IMG/VR virus record: IMGVR_UViG_3300008262_006988 | DNA from: a virus | Length of the DNA stretch: 64,000 nucleotides | Strand: one strand, 5' to 3' | Part shown: positions 39,815 to 47,835 of the stretch, in pieces | Position numbering within the stretch: the first letter of the stretch is position 1 | How the letters are laid out: each line of letters opens with the position of its first letter | Translations under genes and position numbers: made by a program | Notes under the pieces: model-generated | What the model saw: the letters and a program-made list of their open reading frames with translations, nothing else | Told to the model about the DNA's origin: nothing | Database searches by the model: none

Positions 39815-39862
39815 GTTTTGATAGTCTTTGTTTGAGCACCAGAGGCTAACTTATATATAAAT

Positions 39863-40105
39863 ATGAAATTTGATACATTAATTGAAAAAACCATGGGTGG
39901 TTTAGGAAAAGGAAAATCAGTTGCTGATCTTGCTAAAATGCACAATGTATCGTCAACAGTTATAAAGAAGCAGCTTAAAAAAGGAACTAAAGTAGAGAAA
40001 GAGCACACAAAAAGCGCTAAGAAAGCAAAGCAAATTGCAAAAGATCACTTAGCCGAGAGACCGAGATACTATACTATGCTTCAAAAAGCAGAGAAGAGTA
40101 CATGA
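39863..40105 (+). CDS. DUF5661-like protein, putative internal head protein
   Basis: QLKKGTKVEKEHT..AKQIAKDHLAERPRYYTML; leader MKFDTLIE. Confidence 0.7.
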   Translation: MKFDTLIEKTMGGLGKGKSVADLAKMHNVSSTVIKKQLKKGTKVEKEHTKSAKKAKQIAKDHLAERPRYYTMLQKAEKST

Positions 40106-40878
40106 ATACAGTTTTTGAGAGTATAAAGCAAGCTAAAATTTATTCCCATCCGTGGCCACATTACGAAATACACAATATTTTCGATAATGATATTCATAAC
40201 TGGATTAATAATTTTAACTTCCCTTCTAACGAAGAGATCTTTAGCCGTAAAAAAGATTTCTTTATGTCAAAAAAAACCGAACGTGTTGGTGCAGTAGGTA
40301 TTAAGCAATTTCTCGATGCATTTAAACAAAGGTATAATGCAGCAAAAGAAGCGATATGGCACAAAAAAACACATCCCTGCGAATTTATTTTTGGTACAGA
40401 TTTTTTACAACAAAATCCTCATGCTCGAAGGATAGTAAAAATGTTTCTCAGTCTTGAGGTTATAAATTCACTTGAATCTTTAGAGAATGTTAAGCTTGAT
40501 AAGTCTTTTTTAAGAATAATGTTAATAAAAGATGTACCAGGGTATGAAATACCTGTTCACCCCGACTCGGATAAAAAACTCTTTACACTTCAATGTTTTT
40601 TTAAAACTGATATTAATACAACTAAAGACCTCGGTACACAGATCTGTGATGAATATGGTAATGTTGTTAAAAGGACAATATATGCTGAAAATACGGGTAC
40701 GTTCTTTTTCCCGCGACAAGAAAAAACTAATAACTATATACCCACATTACATGCATTTATTAACACTCCTATTGACAATTACAGAATATCACTTATGGTA
40801 AACTACTGTAAGCGAGAAGAAGTAACAAGAGATGATGTAGGTAATAAACTCGGTTATCTTATCCCTGTTTTAGAATAA
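40102..40878 (+). CDS. 2OG-Fe(II) oxygenase superfamily protein
   Basis: HPWPHYEI, HPD...TLHA...RISLMVNY. Confidence 0.78.
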   Translation: MNTVFESIKQAKIYSHPWPHYEIHNIFDNDIHNWINNFNFPSNEEIFSRKKDFFMSKKTERVGAVGIKQFLDAFKQRYNAAKEAIWHKKTHPCEFIFGTDFLQQNPHARRIVKMFLSLEVINSLESLENVKLDKSFLRIMLIKDVPGYEIPVHPDSDKKLFTLQCFFKTDINTTKDLGTQICDEYGNVVKRTIYAENTGTFFFPRQEKTNNYIPTLHAFINTPIDNYRISLMVNYCKREEVTRDDVGNKLGYLIPVLE

Positions 40879-40886
40879 ATATATAC

Positions 40887-41147
40887 ATGGTATCTTTTCA
40901 GCAGTATATTAAAGAAAAAACTAATCTCGAACCTAATGAAGTAAGACCAGGAGACAAGATAGTAGATAATAACCCAGAGTGTAAGCATTACAAGAGCTCT
41001 GGAGTAGTGACCAAAGTTAAAAAGATTAAAGGTAAAAAAGGTAATACTGTTGGTAATAAGGTTGAATATAAATGCACCAATAAAGGAAAAGCTTGGAAAC
41101 AAGGCGATAAGCTCGAAAAAACTGAAATACAATTAAAAAAAGCTTGA
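40887..41147 (+). CDS. Small basic late protein, putative internal head protein
   Basis: Leader MVSFQQYIKE; TAAATA 5 nt upstream. Confidence 0.65.
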   Translation: MVSFQQYIKEKTNLEPNEVRPGDKIVDNNPECKHYKSSGVVTKVKKIKGKKGNTVGNKVEYKCTNKGKAWKQGDKLEKTEIQLKKA

Positions 41148-41177
41148 TTAAAAATATCAGGCCTATATGATGATTGT

Positions 41178-41348
41178 ATGGACGCTGAATACCTGCTGAG
41201 CTTACCGCAAGAAGAGCTTGAAAATATTGTAAGAAAAAAACTTGAATATCTGGTTGAAGAAGGTATGGTTTTACAAGTTGGTGACAAGTTTAGGCTCAAA
41301 ACAGAGGCGGAGCTGGATGAAGAAATGATGGCTTTATTGATGGATTAA
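41178..41348 (+). CDS. Small acidic protein
   Basis: Manual translation, 56 aa MDAEYLLSLPQEELE...; TTGATT-N16-TATGAT 6 nt upstream. Confidence 0.55.
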   Translation: MDAEYLLSLPQEELENIVRKKLEYLVEEGMVLQVGDKFRLKTEAELDEEMMALLMD

Positions 41349-41353
41349 AACAA

Positions 41354-41427
41354 CGGAGCGTAGCTTAGCTTGGTAGAGCGTCTGGTTTGGGACCAGAAGG
41401 TCGCGAGTTCAAATCCCGCCGTTCCGA
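41354..41427 (+). tRNA. tRNA-Pro(UGG)
   Basis: CGGAGCG...TCTGG-TTTGGGA-CCAGA...CGTTCCGA. Confidence 0.9.
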
Positions 41428-41437
41428 AATACTAACA

Positions 41438-41962
41438 ATGAATCAAAATATAGAAAAAATTCTCATACACGAGCAGACTATATTAGCCCGTCTCGATCAA
41501 TTAGGTGAGCAAATAACTTCTGATTATAAAGGTAAAGAATTAACTATTGTGGCTATATTGAATGGTAGTTTAATTTTTATGGCAGATCTTCTTAGGAGAA
41601 TTCGTATACCTTTGAAAGTTGACTGTTGGAGTGTATCAAGCTATCATGGTATTAAGTCCTCAGGTAAGATTAATTTTAGACAACAAACAATAGCAGATGT
41701 AGATAATAGGCATGTCCTACTCCTTGATGATATTTTAGACTCTGGACTAACACTCAAGACGATTAAAGAAAAGCTTTTACAAGAGACAAAAGCAATTGAC
41801 GTTAAGACATGTGTGCTTCTTAATAAAATAGTTGAACGTGCTGCGAATGTGGAAGCTGACTATAAAGGGTTTGACATAGGTAATGAATTTGTAGTGGGTT
41901 ATGGTCTCGATTATAACGAACATTATAGAAATCTACCTTATATAGGCGTATATAAAGAATAA
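41438..41962 (+). CDS. hpt: Hypoxanthine phosphoribosyltransferase
   Basis: ILNGSLIFMADL, VSSY, VLLLDDILDSGLT, FVVGYGLDY..YRNLPY. Confidence 0.93.
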   Translation: MNQNIEKILIHEQTILARLDQLGEQITSDYKGKELTIVAILNGSLIFMADLLRRIRIPLKVDCWSVSSYHGIKSSGKINFRQQTIADVDNRHVLLLDDILDSGLTLKTIKEKLLQETKAIDVKTCVLLNKIVERAANVEADYKGFDIGNEFVVGYGLDYNEHYRNLPYIGVYKE

Positions 41963-41971
41963 ATATTTTCT

Positions 41972-42392
41972 GGTCTCTGCCAGAGGCAGGAACCCTACAG
42001 AGGCTTTACCGTTGAGCCAGCAATGCAAATCAACGGCACTGATTTTTGAAATTTAAGATAGCGTCGGGCGGGAATAGTGTGCTGTGCTGTTCTTAAAAAG
42101 CTCACCGTTGCAGACCTATCACCAGACTCGATTAGGCAGAGGGTAACAAGTAATCTTCGTCCAGCGGGATCATAACTCGGTAGCCAATGAAGAACTTTCT
42201 GGTTTACAAATTAACAGAAAACTATATCGTGAGAATAGTTACGGAGCAATCGAATGCGTGAAAAATGAAATCTTTCGATTTATTTGATTCTTTTTCTTCT
42301 GTTGTTAAATAGTTTTGGGGTAGACATGAAAACGAGCCGCGTACCGTTAATAGCGGGTTGTTTAATCCAGAGACGTCGCGGGTAAACGTCTC
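41972..42392 (+). ncRNA. Cluster of unclassified structured RNA elements
   Basis: No ORF of 60 aa or more, higher GC than flanks, multiple stems with GNRA loops and a potential pseudoknot. Confidence 0.55.
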
Positions 42393-42411
42393 ATACGATC
42401 TTTGAAATTTT

Positions 42412-42851
42412 GGGGGTGTACTGGTTTCGACACATAATTGAAACTATGAGTGCATGTCGTGGTTGATCAGTTGGCCACGTTAAAAGCTGATCGAAAAACT
42501 AAACGCAGAAGACAACACTTCTGACCTCTTAGCTGAGGCCGAGTATATCTTCAACAACGCTGACGAGTTCCTCGCTGGCGTCGAAGATTACGAGCTCGCA
42601 GCCTAAGAGCCTAATAGAGGATCCTCTAAATCTATTTTGAAACGCAGAGGTTCTTGCGTGAGGTGACTAACGCGGTAAAACTAGTCATAGGCAGTATGCG
42701 GTCTTTAATCACACATACAGGTAGACTTTAAAAGATAGGTTGATGTGCCAAGATTGCCTTTAGTCAAACAAAAATCTAAAACATCCAAGCATGTGAAGAC
42801 CTTATAGCATAAGTTATTTGGACAGGGGTTCGAATCCCCTCACCTCCACCA
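42412..42851 (+). ncRNA. ssrA: tmRNA
   Basis: 5' GGGGGTGTACTGGTTTCGAC, 3' GGTTCGAATCCCCTCACCTCCACCA, G3:U70, tag ORF 42505-42606 ending YELAA*. Confidence 0.95.
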
Positions 42852-42856
42852 ATAAT

Positions 42857-43318
42857 ATGAAGTTTTTAATGACAAATGCGTTATGGTTAATAATGGATCC
42901 ATGGTTAGAACAACCTGGTGGTGATACAGAATTATCTCCTAATATCAATAAAAAAAACCACGAGACTGCAAATAAAATTGCATTATACTTACAAGATATA
43001 ACACATGTCAGGGTATCAATGGATGAGTCACATAAAATACAGCCATCGTTATGTCATTTCGTAAATATAGGTTATAATGTCGAGACATTAAAACAATATA
43101 TGGATAATAATAATCTAAATAATATTGTTTATTGCGGTTTTCATTACGGGATTTGTATAGTTAATAGACCGACAGGTATAAGAGCGATGTCTCAGTTTTA
43201 TAAGTTGTGGGTCAAAAAAGATTTGTGTGGGTATTTTTTAAAGCACTGCTATCAATCACAAGAAAAATTCATATCACATGCCGATACGTTGACAACACAA
43301 TACGCGATAATAGTATAA
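42857..43318 (+). CDS. Isochorismatase/cysteine hydrolase-like protein
   Basis: LIMDPW near N-terminus and YCGFHYGICI motif. Confidence 0.55.
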   Translation: MKFLMTNALWLIMDPWLEQPGGDTELSPNINKKNHETANKIALYLQDITHVRVSMDESHKIQPSLCHFVNIGYNVETLKQYMDNNNLNNIVYCGFHYGICIVNRPTGIRAMSQFYKLWVKKDLCGYFLKHCYQSQEKFISHADTLTTQYAIIV

Positions 43319-43331
43319 ATGTATATACTTT

Positions 43332-43405
43332 GCAGCATTAGTTTATCGGTAGAACGAGGCCTTGCCAAGGCTTAGAGGAGAGTTCGATTCTCTTATGTTG
43401 CACCA
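43332..43405 (+). tRNA. tRNA-Gly(GCC)
   Basis: GCAGCAT...AGGCC-TTGCCAA-GGCTT...ATGTTGC-A-CCA. Confidence 0.88.
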
Positions 43406-43410
43406 ATTTT

Positions 43411-43497
43411 GGAACGATGGCTGAGTGGCTTAAGGCAGAGCTTTGCTAAAGCTCCGAGGCCTAAAAACCTCCGAAGGTTCAAATCCTTCTCGTTCCG
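43411..43497 (+). tRNA. tRNA-Ser(GCU)
   Basis: GGAACGA...GAGCT-TTGCTAA-AGCTC, long variable arm, G73. Confidence 0.92.
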
Positions 43498-43498
43498 T

Positions 43499-45610
43499 TT
43501 ATCTACTAATTTCTTCCCAATCCATAGAAGCAAACATTCCTGAACCATTTTCAGTATCTGTTGATGCAACTAATGTTATTTCGTACGGTGTATTTGTGAA
43601 GCTGTTGCGTTCCAATTGAAATTTAAATAAGGCCTCTTTAAGAATATCAATATTCGGTGATGCTTGGTTCGAAGCGTTTAAGAAACCACTTGCTAAAATT
43701 CTTCCACCACTATAACTCGTCCCGGTAATATTATATTCAACAGCACTATCATTACCAGCACTAAACCAACTTCCTCCACTAGTGACACCTGCAGCTTTTA
43801 CTTGCCAATTGTAATTAATTCCATTTCCTTTTCCAAGCACCGATAAAGCTGTTAGAATAGCAACAGCATCTAACCTATTCGGGCTAGTTTTTAATCGCAA
43901 TGAAATAATAGGGTAAAATGTATTTATAGCTGCAAAGGTTCTCGGAGCATTGATAGGTATACTAATAGCTTGTTGTAGCCCTCTTAATTCATATCCTCCT
44001 TCAGAAATTACAGTAGAACAAACTTGCTTCATCGTACGCGTACCTGATGTAGCGCCTTTATTTGTTATCTCATACCTTAGAGGTAGAGAAGCAGTAGTTA
44101 TATATGTAGAAGCGATCAAGTTTGCATGATGAAAAGAATGGCATGTAATAAATTGACCGTTAATTACAAACCCTGCACGCACTGTACCGAGTCCAAGCCA
44201 CTCTATATCCATCCACATAATTTGAGCTTTTGTGATGTCAAGTGTGAGCTTTGAGGGACCAGTGCCGTTTAACTTATCACCGTTCCATGCTGCAACCGGT
44301 ATTACTGTCTCGGTTGCAGGTGATCCATTGACTATGCTTCTTTCAACAAAACTCATTATATCATCATCAAGTTGAAGATATATTCCGTTATCTTGACCAA
44401 AATATCCTATTCTCTGTCTGAGATTGGTTGTAGAAGGAGCCATAACAAACGTATTAAGTGTTAAGAGGCTTTTACCGGGTTGATAACTAAAGACTTTTGT
44501 TGTTTCACGTATTACAGATGATCCTGATAGACCGCTAACAGTCATATCAATAAGACCTTGATTTTGATTAAATGAATATGTACCATCCACTGCAGTAAGT
44601 GACGACCACAGGTTATTATCCCGATATCTATGTGAAGAATCGAAAAGTGTAAGAGGTGTCGAAACTCTTAATCTTCCAAAGGCATCTATATTTGGTGTAT
44701 TGGCGAAACTAATAGGAAACCCTACAGCAGGATCAACTGTTGCGACAATTGGATTAGTTACATTAACGTTAAGAGAAGAAGTAGCAGCAGTTACTGTAAC
44801 GTTATTATTATTAAGATCTTTTAAAGCAATTGAATTAAGAACATTGACTCCAGTCGTTGGATTAGTAACAGTAATAGAACCAGAGACTCCAACAGTATTA
44901 GAAATGTTAACTGCGGTAGTTGGATTAGTAATGCTGACTGCTGTGATTGGGTTTAACACGGTAATCCTTCCAGAGATAGCAGCAGTATTAGAAATGTTTA
45001 CTGCAGTAGTAGGGTTGGTAATTGTTACAGAGCTTACTGGATTGAGAACAGTAATGCTTCCGGAAATGGCTGCTGTGTTAGTAATATAAACAGCAGTTGT
45101 TGGATTAGTGACAGTAATACGCCCTGAAACTGCTACGGTGTTCAAAACATTAACAGCGGTTACAGCATTTAAAACTGTCACCGGTAAATTAGTAGCGCTT
45201 ACGCTAATTGTATTATATAGCAGGGTATATAAAATATCATCTGTTGCAGATGCTGTATCAAATGTATTTTTTTCTATTGCATCAAGATAAATGTTGCTTG
45301 CAGATACTGAGACATCAAGATTTGACAAATGATATTCCACCTGATCAGTGTTAAGATTTATCTGACCTGCTGATAGTGTTACAGCAAAATCATCAGTATT
45401 AGCAACATATGCAAGCACTGCATATTTTGGGTAGATATCTACAGCAGAATATGTTGGGTTACCAGTATTACCCGGGAATGCAGAAGAGTCATCATAGTAA
45501 CCTGTGCGTATTACAGATATAGCAGGGAATCTACTATCGTTCTGTATTTCGACAAACTTACCATACTCAACTGTCTGTGCGTTTTTTACTACATTGTAAC
45601 TATAAGGCAT
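43499..45610 (-). CDS. Virion structural/fibre protein
   Basis: VTNPTTAV repeats then DAFGRLRVSTP..YQPGKS..EWLGLGTVR domain; TAAATA 7 nt upstream. Confidence 0.75.
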   Translation of the reverse strand: MPYSYNVVKNAQTVEYGKFVEIQNDSRFPAISVIRTGYYDDSSAFPGNTGNPTYSAVDIYPKYAVLAYVANTDDFAVTLSAGQINLNTDQVEYHLSNLDVSVSASNIYLDAIEKNTFDTASATDDILYTLLYNTISVSATNLPVTVLNAVTAVNVLNTVAVSGRITVTNPTTAVYITNTAAISGSITVLNPVSSVTITNPTTAVNISNTAAISGRITVLNPITAVSITNPTTAVNISNTVGVSGSITVTNPTTGVNVLNSIALKDLNNNNVTVTAATSSLNVNVTNPIVATVDPAVGFPISFANTPNIDAFGRLRVSTPLTLFDSSHRYRDNNLWSSLTAVDGTYSFNQNQGLIDMTVSGLSGSSVIRETTKVFSYQPGKSLLTLNTFVMAPSTTNLRQRIGYFGQDNGIYLQLDDDIMSFVERSIVNGSPATETVIPVAAWNGDKLNGTGPSKLTLDITKAQIMWMDIEWLGLGTVRAGFVINGQFITCHSFHHANLIASTYITTASLPLRYEITNKGATSGTRTMKQVCSTVISEGGYELRGLQQAISIPINAPRTFAAINTFYPIISLRLKTSPNRLDAVAILTALSVLGKGNGINYNWQVKAAGVTSGGSWFSAGNDSAVEYNITGTSYSGGRILASGFLNASNQASPNIDILKEALFKFQLERNSFTNTPYEITLVASTDTENGSGMFASMDWEEISR

Positions 45611-45623
45611 TTGTTATTATTTA

Positions 45624-45806
45624 TTATTTTATCGCTCTTCTTGGTGAACCGCACCTCTCTCTTGATGTTGTAACTACAGGTGCAAATGGTGTAACGATTT
45701 TCTTTTTTGGTTTTGCTTTTTTTTTGCTCTTTTTAAAAAATGCAAAAGCTGCAAATAACAAAACAGCAAGTAAAATAATGACTACACTAATAATTACTAC
45801 ATTCAT
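45624..45806 (-). CDS. Small membrane protein with basic tail
   Basis: MNVVIISVVIILLAVLLFAAFAFFKKSKKK. Confidence 0.5.
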   Translation of the reverse strand: MNVVIISVVIILLAVLLFAAFAFFKKSKKKAKPKKKIVTPFAPVVTTSRERCGSPRRAIK

Positions 45807-45991
45807 ACGTTCTGTGTACGTAGAGCCCACTGATCATATATATTATAAGCAGTGAGTGGATCATTATTGGTTTCGTGTATCTGCATTGTAGTTACTGCAG
45901 GATATGTAGTAGAGTCTTGCTTTGTTAAGTTAACAAAAGACTGAAAAAAGCGAGTTTGAAAAGTATCGACGTAGTTGACTTGTACAGGCAT
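45803..45991 (-). CDS. Small late protein resembling the N-terminus of 43499..45610
   Basis: TAAATA 7 nt upstream; visual alignment to the neighbour's first ~70 aa. Confidence 0.6.
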   Translation of the reverse strand: MPVQVNYVDTFQTRFFQSFVNLTKQDSTTYPAVTTMQIHETNNDPLTAYNIYDQWALRTQNV

Positions 45992-46007
45992 ATATGTATA
46001 TTTATTG

Positions 46008-46613
46008 TTACGAGCAGCTTAAAATGAGTTTTGCTTCTTCATCGCGTCGCTTCAGTAGACCATCTAGTCCTTTACCTTGCCATAGTCGTTTCATTGCTAT
46101 AATTTGCTCTGCAATCGCTTTGTAATCTTTCTCCGCAACAAGCGGTACTATTGCTCTCATTTCTTTCCTGCTATCACCTCTTAGTGATGCACCTCTATTA
46201 AAGATTATCGATGTCAATGCAACCTGTGCATTATTGCATAATTTGTCAGTCCCAGGCCATGTTTTTAATGTGAGATTATAAAATTTCGGCAACGTTAATG
46301 TCTCAAATACTTCTATAGCTCTATCCCAACCAATAGTTATACCTTTGAGTGTAGTAGTATATGCTTTGCCTGCAGCTCCAGTTTTACCTGATGCATTTTT
46401 TACTAACTCCTGCTGTTCGCGTGGTAAAAATGAAAATATTTGTCCAAGTTCTTGCTTTGTATAGTAACCACAGTCAACACCTATCATAATAGTAGGTCCA
46501 GAAGCACCGCCCGGCCAAGTAAATTTATTTAAATATTTCTCGTAATAAGCTTTTCCGCCTGATTCCCAGTTAATAATAGGCGACCAATCAAAATCTTTAT
46601 AATTCTTACTCAT
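46008..46613 (-). CDS. Endolysin (lysozyme/pesticin C-terminal-like muramidase)
   Basis: WESGG...WPGGASGPTIMIGVDCGY...ALTSIIFNRG...GLLKRRDEEA. Confidence 0.8.
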   Translation of the reverse strand: MSKNYKDFDWSPIINWESGGKAYYEKYLNKFTWPGGASGPTIMIGVDCGYYTKQELGQIFSFLPREQQELVKNASGKTGAAGKAYTTTLKGITIGWDRAIEVFETLTLPKFYNLTLKTWPGTDKLCNNAQVALTSIIFNRGASLRGDSRKEMRAIVPLVAEKDYKAIAEQIIAMKRLWQGKGLDGLLKRRDEEAKLILSCS

Positions 46614-47035
46614 AATTTGTAATCATCCTCTTTTGGACCTGAAAGATACTCTTGCGTTATCTTTATATTTTCATTCTTTGATATGCTTTCGTTAATAACA
46701 CTGCTTGAGCTATTGTACTTGAGATCAACAATACCTTGAACGCCGAGATATGCAGCAACTACTATACTCACCACTTCAATTGTCTTACTAAAAATTGTTA
46801 CATAGCCACTTACAACTTCAGGTATAGCAGGTAACATAAAAAGAATTGCAACACTACTAAAATAAAAAAATCCAAGTATTAAGAAACATGAAAATACGAC
46901 AAAAAATTTCTTTGACTGTAAGTGGTTTGCCTGCTCAAGTGTAGGTTTTAACTTTTCCGGTGTATTAGGTGGTGCTACACCGGTTTGTAAAAATGATGTC
47001 GCGGTTTTCGTTATGTTTGTTATTACATTCCACAT
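46610..47035 (-). CDS. Putative holin
   Basis: Two TM segments, overlaps the endolysin start, late promoter upstream. Confidence 0.55.
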   Translation of the reverse strand: MWNVITNITKTATSFLQTGVAPPNTPEKLKPTLEQANHLQSKKFFVVFSCFLILGFFYFSSVAILFMLPAIPEVVSGYVTIFSKTIEVVSIVVAAYLGVQGIVDLKYNSSSSVINESISKNENIKITQEYLSGPKEDDYKL

Positions 47036-47070
47036 GTAAATATTTAATAATTACATTAAATATTGTTAAT

Positions 47071-47835
47071 ATGTTGTATGGTGTAAATAGAGATCTCGGA
47101 ATTATATATCATTCTGAGATCTTATGTGAAAAATACTATCAAAATAAACTATCGCCGCGTTTTTGGAGAAATAAAAAGTTTAATAGTGGTGTGCGTGAAA
47201 AACTTGTAGATATTGCTGAAAATTTTTATAAAACACTCAAACTTCAGGTACCGATAATTGATATACAATTAACAGGTTCGCTTGCCAACTATAATTACAC
47301 AGATCTTTCCGATCTCGACGTACACATAATAATTGACTTTAGTCAAATAAACCAAGATATTGAACTAGTTAAAAAAGCTCTTGATGGTGTGCGGTTTATA
47401 TGGAATGCCAGACATGATATAGTAATAAACGACCATGACGTAGAATTATATGTACAAGATGTCAATGAACAGCATATGGCGAGTGGTCTATATAGCTTAC
47501 TTTATAACAAATGGATAAAAGAACCAGTATATGACCCACCAGAGATTGATGAGCGAGATGTTGAGGTCAAATTTCAGCATTATGTAAAGGAGATAGCAAA
47601 ATTACAGGAATGCTTAGAGCGTGATGATGTAACGCGTGAAGATTTAATTACTATCAATAATCGTGCTAATAAGCTTAAAGAAAAAATACAAGAGGGCAGG
47701 AAAGAGTGTTTGCAGCAAAAACAGGATGAATTTTGTGTCGAGAATCTTGTGTTTAAACGATTGAGAAACTCAGGCGCTATTGAACAGCTTATAAATATAG
47801 CATCAAAAGCTTACGATATGTCGTACAGCTTATAA
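47071..47835 (+). CDS. Pol-beta superfamily nucleotidyltransferase
   Basis: LTGSLANYNY..SDLDVH...VELYVQD; start 47071 is 8 nt after TAAATA. Confidence 0.78.
   Translation: MLYGVNRDLGIIYHSEILCEKYYQNKLSPRFWRNKKFNSGVREKLVDIAENFYKTLKLQVPIIDIQLTGSLANYNYTDLSDLDVHIIIDFSQINQDIELVKKALDGVRFIWNARHDIVINDHDVELYVQDVNEQHMASGLYSLLYNKWIKEPVYDPPEIDERDVEVKFQHYVKEIAKLQECLERDDVTREDLITINNRANKLKEKIQEGRKECLQQKQDEFCVENLVFKRLRNSGAIEQLINIASKAYDMSYSL

Noticed and set aside
41972-42392. RNase P, SRP RNA, hammerhead or HDV-like ribozyme
   Set aside because: No GAGGAAAGTCC, SRP loop, CTGATGA core or clear HDV nested pseudoknot found by eye.
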